From contig OZ316891.1 in NCBI GenBank assembly GCA_973895155.1, forward strand, positions 18,749,048 to 18,813,047: 64,000 nucleotides of DNA, written 5' to 3'. The position numbers and the translations under genes are program-made. The notes under the pieces were generated by a model that ran no database searches, was not told where the DNA came from, and was given only the letters and a program-made list of their open reading frames with translations. Source of the DNA: Marsupella aquatica. Lineage: Eukaryota > Plantae > Marchantiophyta. Each line of letters begins with the position of its first letter. Positions within the stretch are counted from its first letter, which is position 1. Positions 26,143 to 37,970 of the stretch are shown one piece after another.

Positions 26143-29100
26143 ATGTTGGTCGAGAGCTTCCGAGTGGAGAGTGAGCAAGTGACGTACACGGAAGATGAGA
26201 TAAAGTCCGTTTATCCGTATCAGACCACCGAAGTCATCCATCAGGAGACGGATGGCAAGTACGAGTGGATTGTGCACCCGAAAGTAGTCGAGTACGAGTT
26301 CAACACTTCTCGAAAAGTTCCAAAACTCGGGTATGCGCCTTCTTGTCTTCGTATTCCGTGAATCGTTTGGAGTGTAAGGTAAACGGACAATGCTGATGGA
26401 GTTCGATAGCCTACGATGTAATGCGTAAATTAAAGCCTGCTTTCCGGAGTCCTGAGGAGGAGATGCTGATGCCTCGATGTTGTGGTAGTTTATTGGTGAT
26501 TTTGTATCAGCTCTTCGAATCGGCGTTTGGGAATTGCGGTAGTAATTGGAATGACTTTGATGTTTGAAGGGTTATGCTTGTTGGATGGGGTGGTAATAAC
26601 GGGACGACTCTCACCGGAGGGATTATCGCCAACAAGGAGTAAGTATTCGTACATTCAACCCAATGTGGTGTTGACTACCGACCTTTTGTTCCTAACAGCA
26701 ACTTCATCTGTTCGATTGCTACACAGTTGAGAACTGGACGAATGGTGGTCACACTGCGTTCTCATGCCATGCTGGGCTGGATATTGAATTTTGCTCATAA
26801 TTGTAGGGCCAAACGGGTCATACTGCATTGTCATGCATTACTTGGCAGGATATTGAATTCCAGTATATGGTCACACTGGATTCTCTTGCCATGCCTGGCA
26901 GGATAATGAATTTTGCTATCGAGTATTGGGCCAGACATTGTTTGGGTGTGGTGTACTGATGGTTGTGTGATACCTTTCTGTTTGGTTGGTGCAGGGGAAT
27001 ATCGTGGGTGACCAAGGATGGCGTCCAGCGTGCCAATTACTTTGGGTCTCTCACACAGGCCTCGACGTGCCACATTGGAGCCTACAGCGGTGAAGAAATT
27101 TATGTCCCATTCAAGAGCCTGCTCCCCATGGTGAGCGACCTCGTTCCGAACTGATCGGTGGAATGACAGAGCACGATTGAACGGACTTAGTAAACCTTCG
27201 TTTCTCATGGGTTAGGTTACTCTTGGCGAACTTTTGGGTGGCCTGAACCAGCAATTTATATTGGAGATTGAGAAGTTATTGAATTTGACGTGTAAAATCC
27301 CTCGTTGGAAGTGTGATGAATGCTGGTTGTCATCCAAATACAGCAGCAGACTTGGAATATGACTGTTTAATTCGGTGAACTGGGTTTTGTTATCCTTAGG
27401 TGGATCCTAGTGACATAGTCCTCGGTGGATGGGATATCTCCAACATGAATTTGGCGGACGGCATGGACCGTGCCAGAGTTTTCGACATTGATTTGCAGAA
27501 GCAGCTACGACCTTACATGCAGGAAATTGTCCCACTGCCCGGGATTTTTGATGCAGATTTCATCGCTGCTAACCAAGGAGCTCGTGCGAACAATATCATC
27601 AAAGGCTCGAAGAAGGAGCAGATGGAGCACATCATCCAAGATATCAGGTGAAGTAACAGCATGTTCAATGTATTGCCAACACGTCAGCTGGTGTTTCATA
27701 TCTGTCCCTATTCGTAGACCAGAGAATGGGTTCACTTTCTGTGAGCTGTCGAGTACGCATCGTAACATGTGCCAGATGGCTTTACGCCGGCGTTTCATGG
27801 AACACAAGGGTCGTACCGCGTGCAGCTAATTTTGGACGATGGATTGTACGGGGACGGTCAGTAGATGGAATGGGTTCGCAGTTGCAATATGGGCTTTTGT
27901 GTCTTGGAAATTACTAGAGGCTGAGATATTTTGTGCAGTACTTTTCCTGCAGTTGGGCCTGTAAAACAACTTCTAAGAGTACGAATAGGGTAACTGTCCA
28001 AAGTACTTCTGAGGATCAGTTGTCTGCAGTGTTTTTGTTACACAGTTCGCGTTTGAACGTTTGAACGTTTCCCTTGCAAGCCACTGAGGTGCGTGTTAGG
28101 GGAATTTGACGGGACTAGGATCTCGATTTCAATTCACCGCAAACAAGCTTACATGCCAGGCATCAATGTTAACGCGTCGGTGTACCGAAATTTGAATCAA
28201 TCTGACTTCGAATCTAGTACTCCTGTTCTAGTTTCCTCCGGGGTCATTCGATTGTGTCCTGTAGTTGAGGTGCGGAGTTTGTCCACCTGGACTCATCGCA
28301 ACCCGCACCAGCTAGAAATTTCAAGGACGATGCTGATTGGAGAAGCAATTGGCCAGCCCCTGTGTCGTATTTCTTTGTGATAAGTACTCTTTTAGCACTT
28401 TTCTCCTCCACATAGGTTTTAACTCGTTTGCCCAGTTACACCATTGTCTATTCAGGAACTTCAAGTCCGCTACAAAGGTCGACAAGGTGGTAGTGCTCTG
28501 GACTGCGAACACAGAGCGGTATAGCGATGTCATTGTAGGCTTGAATGATACCAAGGAGACACTTTTCGCGTCCCTGGAGAAAGATGAATCAGAAATCTCG
28601 CCTTCTACCTTGTATGCTCTGGCATGCATCCATGAGAAAGTTCCTTTCATCAATGGCAGTCCTCAGAATACTTTCGTACCCGGTAAGCTACGAGAATTTA
28701 ACTGGGAGTGTTTTTTTAGTTCGGCAACTTCATTCCCAGATTTTAACCTGCAGTTTCTGTGGCTGTTGAGAGCAGGAGTGATTGAGTACGCCATTCAGGA
28801 GAGTGTCCTCATCGGAGGGGATGACTTCAAGAGTGGACAAACGAAGATGAAGTCTGTTTTAGTTGATTTCTTAGTTGGAGCCGGGATCAAGGTGAGATGG
28901 CTTGCCTGTTTGTGTTAATTTATCAATCGGAGATGGGAAGGGGAGGACCTCAAGGGCTGAGCCTAATTTTTTAATGCCCTCGAATAGATTTGTGTTGATT
29001 AGTGAAGAGTTTGGTCGAGCTTCAGGCGCTACAGCCTTTTCGGAGTTCTGTACTGATAATCTGTTGCATTCTGCAGCCAACCTCGATTGTCAGCTACAAT

Positions 29101-30111
29101 CATTTGGGAAATAACGATGGCATGAACCTATCAGCGCCTCAGACGTTCCGTTCAAAAGAGATCTCTAAAAGTAATGTTGTCGACGACATGGTATCAAGCA
29201 ATTCCATTTTGTATGGCCCAGGGGAGCATCCTGATCATGTCATCGTCATCAAGGTAAAAACGTTACCCTCCAATGGTCAAGTATCGTACCCTGGGGCATT
29301 CTCTTACACATTTTGGAATTCGTTAAGGTCTCTCCGCACATTTGGCATAATAGAAATTTCTCTTTTGGTTGTTGGTTGCTGCAGTATGTACCATACGTCG
29401 GAGACAGTAAAAGGGCTATGGACGAGTACACCTCAGAAATTTTCATGGGAGGCCGAAACACTATCGTCATGCACAACACTTGCGAAGACTCACTGTTAGC
29501 AGCTCCCCTCATTCTTGACTTGGTTCTCCTGGCCGAGCTCTGCACCAGGATCACACTGAAAGAAGATGGCCAGGTATTTTTCCTTGCCGGCTACTTCAAA
29601 AAGTTGTCGACATGCTTGAATTCCCACTTACTTCACCTATAGGTCCCGTGCGCCTGAGCTGGCAGAGCTAAACGGTTGCTTCAAATCTCTTGTGACCATG
29701 TCGCTTGGCTGAGCTCTGGAAGGGCGTGTACTTGTGCAGGACAAGTTTAGATCATTCCACCCCGTGGCAACCCTTTTGAGTTACTTGACCAAGGCTCCTT
29801 TGGTGAGAACCTCCCACAGACACGAATCCTGCGGTCGGTCATTTTTATTAGATTGACGAGAATTGTTGAAGAAATTTGGCATCTTGTCTTGCGATTCACT
29901 ACTATTTGCTGAAGACTCTTCTGTTATTTCATCATGGTGTTGTTGCCTGGAACAACAGCAGAGTAACACTAAACTCTGTGGTCAACTTCAGGTGCCTGCC
30001 GGGACACCAGTGGTAAACGCCCTGGCGAAACAAAGAGCGATGTTGGAGAATGTTATCCGAGCCTGCATCGGATTGGCTCCAGAGAACAACATGATGTTGG
30101 AATTCAAGTAG
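26143..30111 (+). CDS. MIPS: Myo-inositol-1-phosphate synthase (inositol-3-phosphate synthase), 10 exons, 510 aa
   Basis: Exons 26143-26330, 26570-26638, 26995-27130, 27400-27647, 28456-28682, 28776-28891, 29077-29253, 29385-29573, 29740-29802, 29992-30111 total 1533 nt, all GT-AG. Signature motifs [37 protein letters not shown] and C-terminal [13 protein letters not shown]. Confidence 0.98.
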
Positions 30112-30409
30112 AGAGATTGCGTTCAATCCTGAGTTTTGATTTCTTGGCCGATTGGTCAGCCCTTCCCGCTTCTCAGATCGAGGATGTTGGGAGGAGTCTA
30201 TGGACTCTCATTGTACATAATAAAGTATGGGAGTCATAGCATTTTGAGTTGTCACAATTTGCGCATGTACAGTCGGAAACTAGAACTAGAACTGTATTGA
30301 GGTCTGTAGCTCCTTCCTTGATTCCATGGGTGTGCATCTGCTGCATTAAGTCCCTCTAGCTCCTGGTAGGTCTCGAACTCCCTCGCTCGCCAGGGAGGGT
30401 CCCTTGGTG

Positions 30410-30980
30410 GATTTGTGGGCACCCCTGGCCCTACGCGTTTGCATGGGTGTCCCTAGCGAACCTGAGAATGTTGCATGCTCGACGGTCGTCTATTGATGAG
30501 TTGGATCAGTGGTTATCCCTAGCTACAGCACTTTACAGTGTTGCATGCTCCGAAGATCGTCTCTCGATGAGTTGGATCAGTGGGTATCCCTGGCCCTAGA
30601 CTGTTGCACGGGTTTCCCTAGTTACATTACCTGACAGTGTTGAATGCTCCGAAGACCGTCTATTGATGCGTTGGATCACTTGGTATCCCTCAATCCCTGG
30701 CCCTACTCCGTTGTATTGGTATAATTAGCCCTAGGAACCCGACAGTGTTGCATGCTCCATAGATCGTCTATTGATGAGTTGGATCAGTGGGTGGTATTCC
30801 TGGCCACCCTACTCTATTGCATTGGTGTCCCTAGTTACCTTACAGTGGTGCAAGCTCCAAAGATCTTCTACTGATGAGGCGGATGTAGTGGGTATCCCTG
30901 GCTGCCCGGCACTGTTGTATGTTCCACAGATGCTAATCTATTGGTGCGATCAGCTCTATACAGTGTTGTATGTTCCACAT
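30410..30980. repeat. Tandem array of ~5-6 imperfect ~70-110 bp units downstream of the MIPS stop
   Basis: Core tgttgcatgctccgaagatcgtctattgatgagttggatcagtgggtatccct recurs at about 30469, 30539, 30638, 30746 and 30846, with decaying partial copies to 30980. Confidence 0.9.
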
Positions 30981-31674
30981 GGATTTTTTGCGTTCCAGAT
31001 TTCAACGCAAGGGCATACATACAACGAGGCTTTTCTGAGAGGGACCGGAGTTTCAAAGATCAACTTCTTCGCTTTCAAGGCAAAAAAGGAGACTAGGCAA
31101 AAAAGAACAAAACCTCAAGGCGAAATAAAAGGTCAGTTTGCCATCAAAATTTACACCTCATAATTCCGAAAGGGACCTACAACGAGAGGACAGTTACCAA
31201 AACGGCGACAAGACCCGTGGACACATGTCAAGTCTCTCTTCCCATGGAAAAAACGGTGGGATTAGTTAGAAACTGTACAATTGTTAAAGTCAAAGAGTCA
31301 TTTGCAAGTTTCAACGGAAGAACGTTGTCCCATTGACGACATTATTTTATCCTCATTTGAATTGAAAATGACAAATCCCAATACGAACGGTGCGTTCATC
31401 GATTCCATACGATTCACTTTCAGTGTAAGAATTTTCAGTCCATTGGCAAATCTTGGTCTGTACAAATTGTGGAATTCGATCACTTTGCTCAAGAAATTCT
31501 GGAACAATCAAGATACTTTCTTTCTATTAAGAAACTGCGAAAGAAACTTTATGCCTATTAACAAAAGGTGAAAGTCAGTGACAATCTGAACGAAACTGTA
31601 ACACATGTTATGTTTTGATGTATCGCATCGGGTCTATTGGGGTTCTTAAAGTTCACAAGGGATTTATGACAAAG

Positions 31675-31930
31675 TGTTTGGTCTATTCGGGCTTCCTTTT
31701 CCAGTATAAATTGAACATTAATCCAAATCAATCACCTTCAATTGAGTAATTCATTTTTTGTCAATTGACCTGGTCCTTCAAAATTTGGAGTGGCAAAAGT
31801 GCTTGGTCCATCCGGGCTTCCTTTTCCAGTATCAATTGAAAATTCATCAAATTCAATTGAGTAATACATCTTATATCAATTGAGTAATACATTTTTTATA
31901 ACCTGGTCATTCAAAATTTAGAGTGCCAAA
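31675..31930. repeat. ~125-bp imperfect tandem duplication
   Basis: cgggcttccttttccagtat.aattgaa..attgagtaat..acctggtc.ttcaaaattt.gagtg occurs twice (~31688, ~31813). Confidence 0.8.
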
Positions 31931-32129
31931 AAAGAAGTAATCAATGAACAAAAAGTATAATACCAAAAGTGAATTAAATATAGTGGGGATCTAAAGGACT
32001 GTAAAACCATTCACACAAAAAGGAATCAAGTGGCGGAGACAAAATATAGAAAATGAAACCAACCCTCCATGTACAATAATCAGGAGTTATTCATTTTATC
32101 ATCATGAATGGAGAAGATTTCACTATGGC

Positions 32130-32749
32130 TAATTTTTCTCACTCTCGACATCTCTTCTTTCCTTGATATTTGTTTCTCTCCTCGACATCTTTTCCCCACC
32201 TCCACATCTTTTTTTCATCTCAACATCTTATCTTTTTCTCACCTTGACATATTTCCTTCACCCTCGACTTGTTTTTTCTCCTCAACATCTTTCCTCATCT
32301 TTTACATCTTTCTCTCACCTCGCCATGTTTTCACATCCTTTTTCACCTTGACTTCTTTTCTTCCCCTCAACATCTGTTTTTCTCATTGACATATTTGTTC
32401 ACCTCAACATCTGACCATTTTCACACCTCCACATTTTAATCTCACCACAACATCTTTTCCTCGCCCTCAACTTCTTTTCTCTCCTCAACATCTATTCCTC
32501 ATCTTCGCATATTTTTCTCACCTCGCCATCTTTTCTGTCTTTGATATATTTTTCTCAGCTCGACATCATCTTTTCACCTCTACATCTTTTTTCTCACTTC
32601 AACTTCTTTTCTCACCTTGCTATTTTTTTCACCTCATCATCTTTTTCTCAGTATATGTTGTGCAATTTTTGGCTTAACGACATCCTGGGTAATTAACATG
32701 ACGTCTCATTTCTTAAGTACATCCTGGGTGCCATGACATCTATTTTCTT
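32130..32749 (+). mobile_element. Helitron-derived minisatellite, 5' part (interrupted at 32750 by an 8.1-kb TIR element)
   Basis: ctcacct.gacatctttt units grade into cttaa.gacatcctgggt..catgacatc units, which resume at 40884. Confidence 0.6.
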
Positions 32750-33419
32750 CTCGGGGGCCTCAGTACACAAAGACCCCCATATCACACTTGACATTTTGGA
32801 CCCTTGCACCCTTAACTCATTAAGTAAAGTTTTTTCCCCTTCCATATCATACTTATAAGAATTCCAAATCCTAACATTTTGACCCCTAAAAATAATTAAG
32901 TAAAGTTTTGTTGTGAATTAAACACCCTATAGTAAGAAAAGAAAAGTTCATTCAAATGCGCATCATATTCGGGTCTTTGCCAAGCTTATTCATACCCTAA
33001 TGTGCTCCTTTGGCATCCATATCTCATGGAAAACTAATAGTATATCTAGTGTTGATGCTTCCACTAAGAATACCAATTCTAGTAGAAGCTTTAGCAATAT
33101 ACACTATGAGTTATTTATATTTGCAATCTATTATGCTTGTCTCATGTGAAAGGTAGGTGCACCAAAAGGGAATTGAGTTAAGAATCTGAATGGTGAGTGT
33201 ATGTTGCAGAGAGGAATTGAACCCCTTATTGAGCAAGAAGCTCAAGTATCCAAATCTATCACCCCCTAGCCTATTCCCCTAACCTATCCCCTGTATATGC
33301 TAAAACCACTACCATGACTATTGATGCATGCAAATCATTCAACTCTAGACATGGTCTCCAGATAAGTATCCAAAGCTTATTTATTAACTCGATCTAACAC
33401 ATACACTAATTCAATCCCT

Positions 33420-36400
33420 TGTTTCATGGTTAGAGTAACATTAGTCATCGCCATTTCTATATCAATCCATTGTAAATAAATTGTATCATAAGTGAATTCA
33501 ACTTTGCTTGAGCTTGTTGGCTTATACCAATTGAACAAGAACTGATTGGCAAATACTCCCTATGTGTCCATGAGGAGGTGTTGGCCTGTCAAGCAAATCA
33601 ATAGCAAATCTCACCCTAGTCCATTGTCCCTTAACTTTCTGTCTCATCATCATACTTCTTTCTTTGCTTGCACTACTGGCTCTTGAATCCTAGATTTACC
33701 TCTTCCCTTACCTCTTCCCCTTCTTTCATCTTGTGGAAGGGCCTGAAGCATTAGCACTTTCAAATGCTACTCCACAATCACTCCCAACATCAACAAAACA
33801 AGTCACAATATTGGATCACATTGTTTCCTCTTACCAAGATTATAGTATGCCACTTGCTTCACCCTTGTCAACCTATCTTAATTTAGACAAATGAGGGTTG
33901 CCCACTAGTTGACTCACCAAAGTTGATTTGTGAATTGTTCTGCCCTCATAGGTAACTGTAGGCAAAACCTTCTTCGATCTTTTCTTGCACAGGGATCTGA
34001 ATAGACTGTGTAAGCTGAGCCACAACAGAAGATAGAACATGACAAACCTCATGCCCCAAAGTATCTACCTCTACAGAATGAGGTTCTGGTATGTCTAACT
34101 AAGCCTCATCCTGCAAAACATCATCAAAAATGGTTAGCTCATTTGTCAACCATGCATCAATTCGATTTAGATCTTCCTCAGGATCTTCAAATTCATGAAC
34201 TCTCCTTCTGGACGAGGTTCAATTGGAGATCTGTGCTCTACATGCTCTTCAAAATCATTTGCAACAACTATCTCTTCTATTATTGCTGAATCTGGCCATG
34301 TTTCAACTTCCACATCCCAAGGGTGAGTCCACCATTGCTTTCTTGCTGCTGACAAATCACTTCGGAGAGACATTTGTAACCTTCTAAGCAACTCTTTTGT
34401 TTCTTCAAATCCTTCTTTTTAACGCTACAACCACCAACTCATTAGTTTTCACTTTAGAGTAATCAAAATATTAGGTGCATCTTCACCCTCAAGTAAAGGA
34501 TGAAGCTTGGCCCATACATGATCTTGCTTTTTATGTGAGCGAGCTACATACTTTTAAGCCCTCTAGTCCATATTCTAATCTAGCAAGACGATTATACCCA
34601 ACAACACTATCCAATAAAGAGCCAAAATCATAATTCCTCTCATGGCCACTCATTCCACCTATCTTGAGCTGAAAAAGATCTCACGACAATCATAACCCAA
34701 CTCATGAAATAAAACACACAAGTGAGAGAACTTATCATGAAATGCACATGATACAAGCAGCACAATAAATTGGCAAGACATATTAACAGCATGAAAAGCT
34801 TGGATTGAAATCATTTTTAATTTTCTCTGTATATGAAGATCGAAGCTCCACAATCAAAAGAACCAATATTGAGAAAGTATCTTTTAATATCAAGAAAGTA
34901 TCTTGGTAACAAAAGGGTATGCCCTTGTTATAATCCTCAAATGTATTTACAATCTTATTATAGCCATCCTCACCGTCACCTACAAGAATTTCCAATCCAA
35001 ATTCATAGGTATGCGCGCCCATCCTTATGGCCACATAAACCAATCAAAGTGTCATACTTGGCCTCCCACGTGTATAGAGCCCAATGAACATTAAGTTAGA
35101 TATAAAGAATTGGTAGAACTACATGTATTACAAATAAGCTTCAAATGCCTATTATGCAAACATACTTTGGGCTTTGCTTTATCCTTGTTTCATCCTCTAC
35201 AAGCATGACAGGTATATTGCCTTGAATTCCTAACATCTCCTTTCCAGCAGACAACATCCGAGCCACCTCATTGAATGTTTCTAGCCTGCTTCCAACACAA
35301 AATTGCACAAATTTTTTAGGTATTTACTCAAGGTCTAGGATTACAACATGTAACCATAGTTAGGCATAATTGCTATGACCATTCACAATATTCTTCAAAA
35401 AAAGGCTCAAATATTTTCTGTCTATAGCTACTCCTAACAGTTCCTGCAATTTTCTTTTCCTAGTACTAAGGGCACACACTTTCTGAGTCTATAGTGCCAA
35501 CAACCATCTCTCCTTTCTTCTCTTGACATTAAGACCATTCATCTATGTGGTCAACTTTGGACGTGTCAAATAATGTTATAACATGACATCTATTGCAAAT
35601 TAGATTCAGAAACCCTCCACCATACAAGGACAATCTACAACATTGTTTATGCCTAAATAGTCCTTGTATATGTACAACAAAATTGGTGATAGGATTTAGA
35701 CATCAATAGAGGGTGCAACATCTAAATCCCATACATGTCCTCCACTTTGATCATGCAGGATACCTTTCACAACATACTTCACATTCTTCCACTCTACATA
35801 TTCATCCCATATTCCATTGATGATCGACCCACTTGTGCTAGAGCTACTGCTTGCATTGGAAGCATCCTCCTTGAAGAATTTTAAAATTGATTATGTGAAG
35901 GATGTTGATCCCTCTCATCTGACTTCCTTGGTCACCCACGCACAAGGGGCAGATGAAATAGGTCATCACCACCTCCACACTCAACATTGAGATTCTGAAC
36001 TATCTTTAAACTAGTTGCTATGGCCCATTCATAATCAAACTCAGGCTTCTGTGCAAGATCTGAGGGCTTCACCCTAGTCATAGCAATTTACCCCTTCTCC
36101 TACAGTAATTGTCTTTGTGTTTAACAAAGGTGAGGTGCTTAGTCTTATAATTGGTGGTAAACAGATTAGCAATTGACTTTTTATCTTGGGAATTGTCTGC
36201 CTTCCCATACACCACTCTGCACTCAAGACACTCCAAATGGCCTCTCACATTCTGTCCTTCATCCCAAGTTTGAATTTTCCAATTATGACCTTTATAACCA
36301 TTCTTGTGAATCCACTTCTCTAGGCTTATATAAACTCATCATTCCAGACTTTGACAGCCACCTGAGACATGAGAAGGGACTCAAGAGAAGCTCTCATAGG

Positions 36401-36769
36401 GGGAGCTTCTTGTAGAACTTGTTCACCCTAGGAAGAGTTCGGCCACTGCAACCGATTGGTTGACATCAACAATCTGATGGGAACTCTGTCCTAGCAGTAT
36501 GCAAGGATCCAATTTGTTCAATTGATGACAACAACTTTCCCATCCAATTCAGACAGCTCACTCATTTTCTTACTCTTGACCTTCATGCGACCAAGAAGCC
36601 TATAATCCCAGAAATAAAAATCAAGATCAACCAAATCAGGAGTTTGACTTCAAAAATCAGCTAAGGTTTGTCCTTCTTTAGGGGCCAACACAACTATAGG
36701 TTCTTCATCTTTCCCATCAGTCACCACATCTCTTTTCTTGTGCAATAGTTTTACAAATTGGGTAGCCAT
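33420..36769 (-). pseudogene. Heavily decayed DDE transposase, P-element/THAP9-like, with internal deletion
   Basis: Minus-strand fragments: start MATQFVKLLHKK (ATG 36769), INGIWDEYVEW, GIQGNIPVMLVEDETRIK (intron) TWEAKYDTLIGLCG, EILVGDGEDGYNKIVNTFE, MSCQFIVLL..FHELGYDCREIFFS..GGMSGHERNYDFG, SHKKQDHVWAKLHPL, HKSTLVSQLVGNPHLSK-DRLTRVK, DVGSDCGVAFE. Many stops and frameshifts. The hhhDEx(7-9)[WY]..D.hhG and ExFFS patterns match P/THAP9 catalytic motifs; the superfamily call is an inference. Confidence 0.6.
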
Positions 36770-37446
36770 TTCAATCAATTTGTTAAAGTTAAAGTATCTA
36801 GGGGTTCTGAAAACAATCACAATCACACAAGGAACCTACCATACAACAAAATAAACAAAACGATATGAAGCATATTAGACATTACTCCACAATAGTTACA
36901 AAAAGCTTTTGATCAGAAAATTTGAAGATCAACACAAACAAAATCTTGTTGATCATAGTTTACATGTAATTAATCTAGTAAATAAGTTTGCTAGCTTTGT
37001 ACCAACCCTTTAGCAAAGCATTTCTACCAATTTCAAAAACTCTAAGAGTTATGTGGCTATGCAAGAACCAATTCCCTTTTAGGTATTGCATGCCTATGAC
37101 AATAAATGAAACACCACCCTTCCACACATCAATAGTTCCTGCCCTTCACACACCTCCTGAGGTGTTTCACTCCCCCAGGTTTTTACCACCATGTCACCAA
37201 CTTTGAGGGCACCTGTGACACTCGGGGGGTTCACTATCTTAGGAATCATATGCGATCCAAAATAGGTATTTATGATAGAAATTAACTAAATTTTAAAAAG
37301 CATAGGAGGCAAAGAAGGTATTGTAAACTCATGTTTATAGAATATTCTCTAATATATATATATATATCTTTTATAAAATAAAATAAGTTATTAATATTGA
37401 AAATGAAGAATATTCTTTGAATATTTTCTTTATAAAATAGGTCTAT

Positions 37447-37970
37447 TTATATTAGGCTACCATCGCACGTGGTACCCCAAAATATACACTTATTTAACCC
37501 TCCGAATTGTGACACTATACAAACTAAGTCCTTAATGCCATCCTTGTAGACTTTATAGTACTCATATAAATGCCTTGGGCACATTAGGTTGTTTGGTTTT
37601 GTTGTAAGAAACCTCTCAAACAGTGCCCCAACCATAAATAGCACCCTAAGGCAACCAGGGTGGTAATGAGAAAAATAGTTAGGGTGGGCACAATGGAGCA
37701 CAAGAGATTCTTCTGCTGTGGGATGTTCAAATCTGCCAATGAGGCCACAAGCAAAGCATCTAGTTCTACCAGCAGCACATAGTGTACAAACCGAAGGTGC
37801 CCTCCAGTCGTTGTTTGTAGGCAATGTGATAGGAGTGCAATTAGGCTCATGCATACCTATACCACCGACAAAGTGAAAATGTCTACTACAAGGCCCATCA
37901 CAAAAAATCACATTGTCTGTCTTATGCCAAAAGAAACAGCAAGGGGGTACATGTGGTGGTGCTCCTTATG
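37447..37970 (-). pseudogene. EDM2/NSD-like tandem PHD finger coding remnant
   Basis: CCFFWHKTDNVIFCDGPCSRHFH..C..CTLCAAGRTRCFACGLIG..VLHCAHPNYFSHYHPGCL..LMCPRHLYEYY follows the C4HC3 tandem PHD pattern of EDM2 (CDG.C.R.FH..C..C....QCF.C..LG..C....CG.FYHP.C..CP.H.C..C). Several Cys positions have decayed to Tyr or Trp. Probable upstream exons extend to about 38500. Confidence 0.7.

Noticed and set aside
30410-30980. CRISPR-like repeat/spacer appearance
   Set aside because: The linkers are homologous to each other, the cores are degenerate, no cas genes are present and the DNA is eukaryotic. It is an ordinary tandem repeat.
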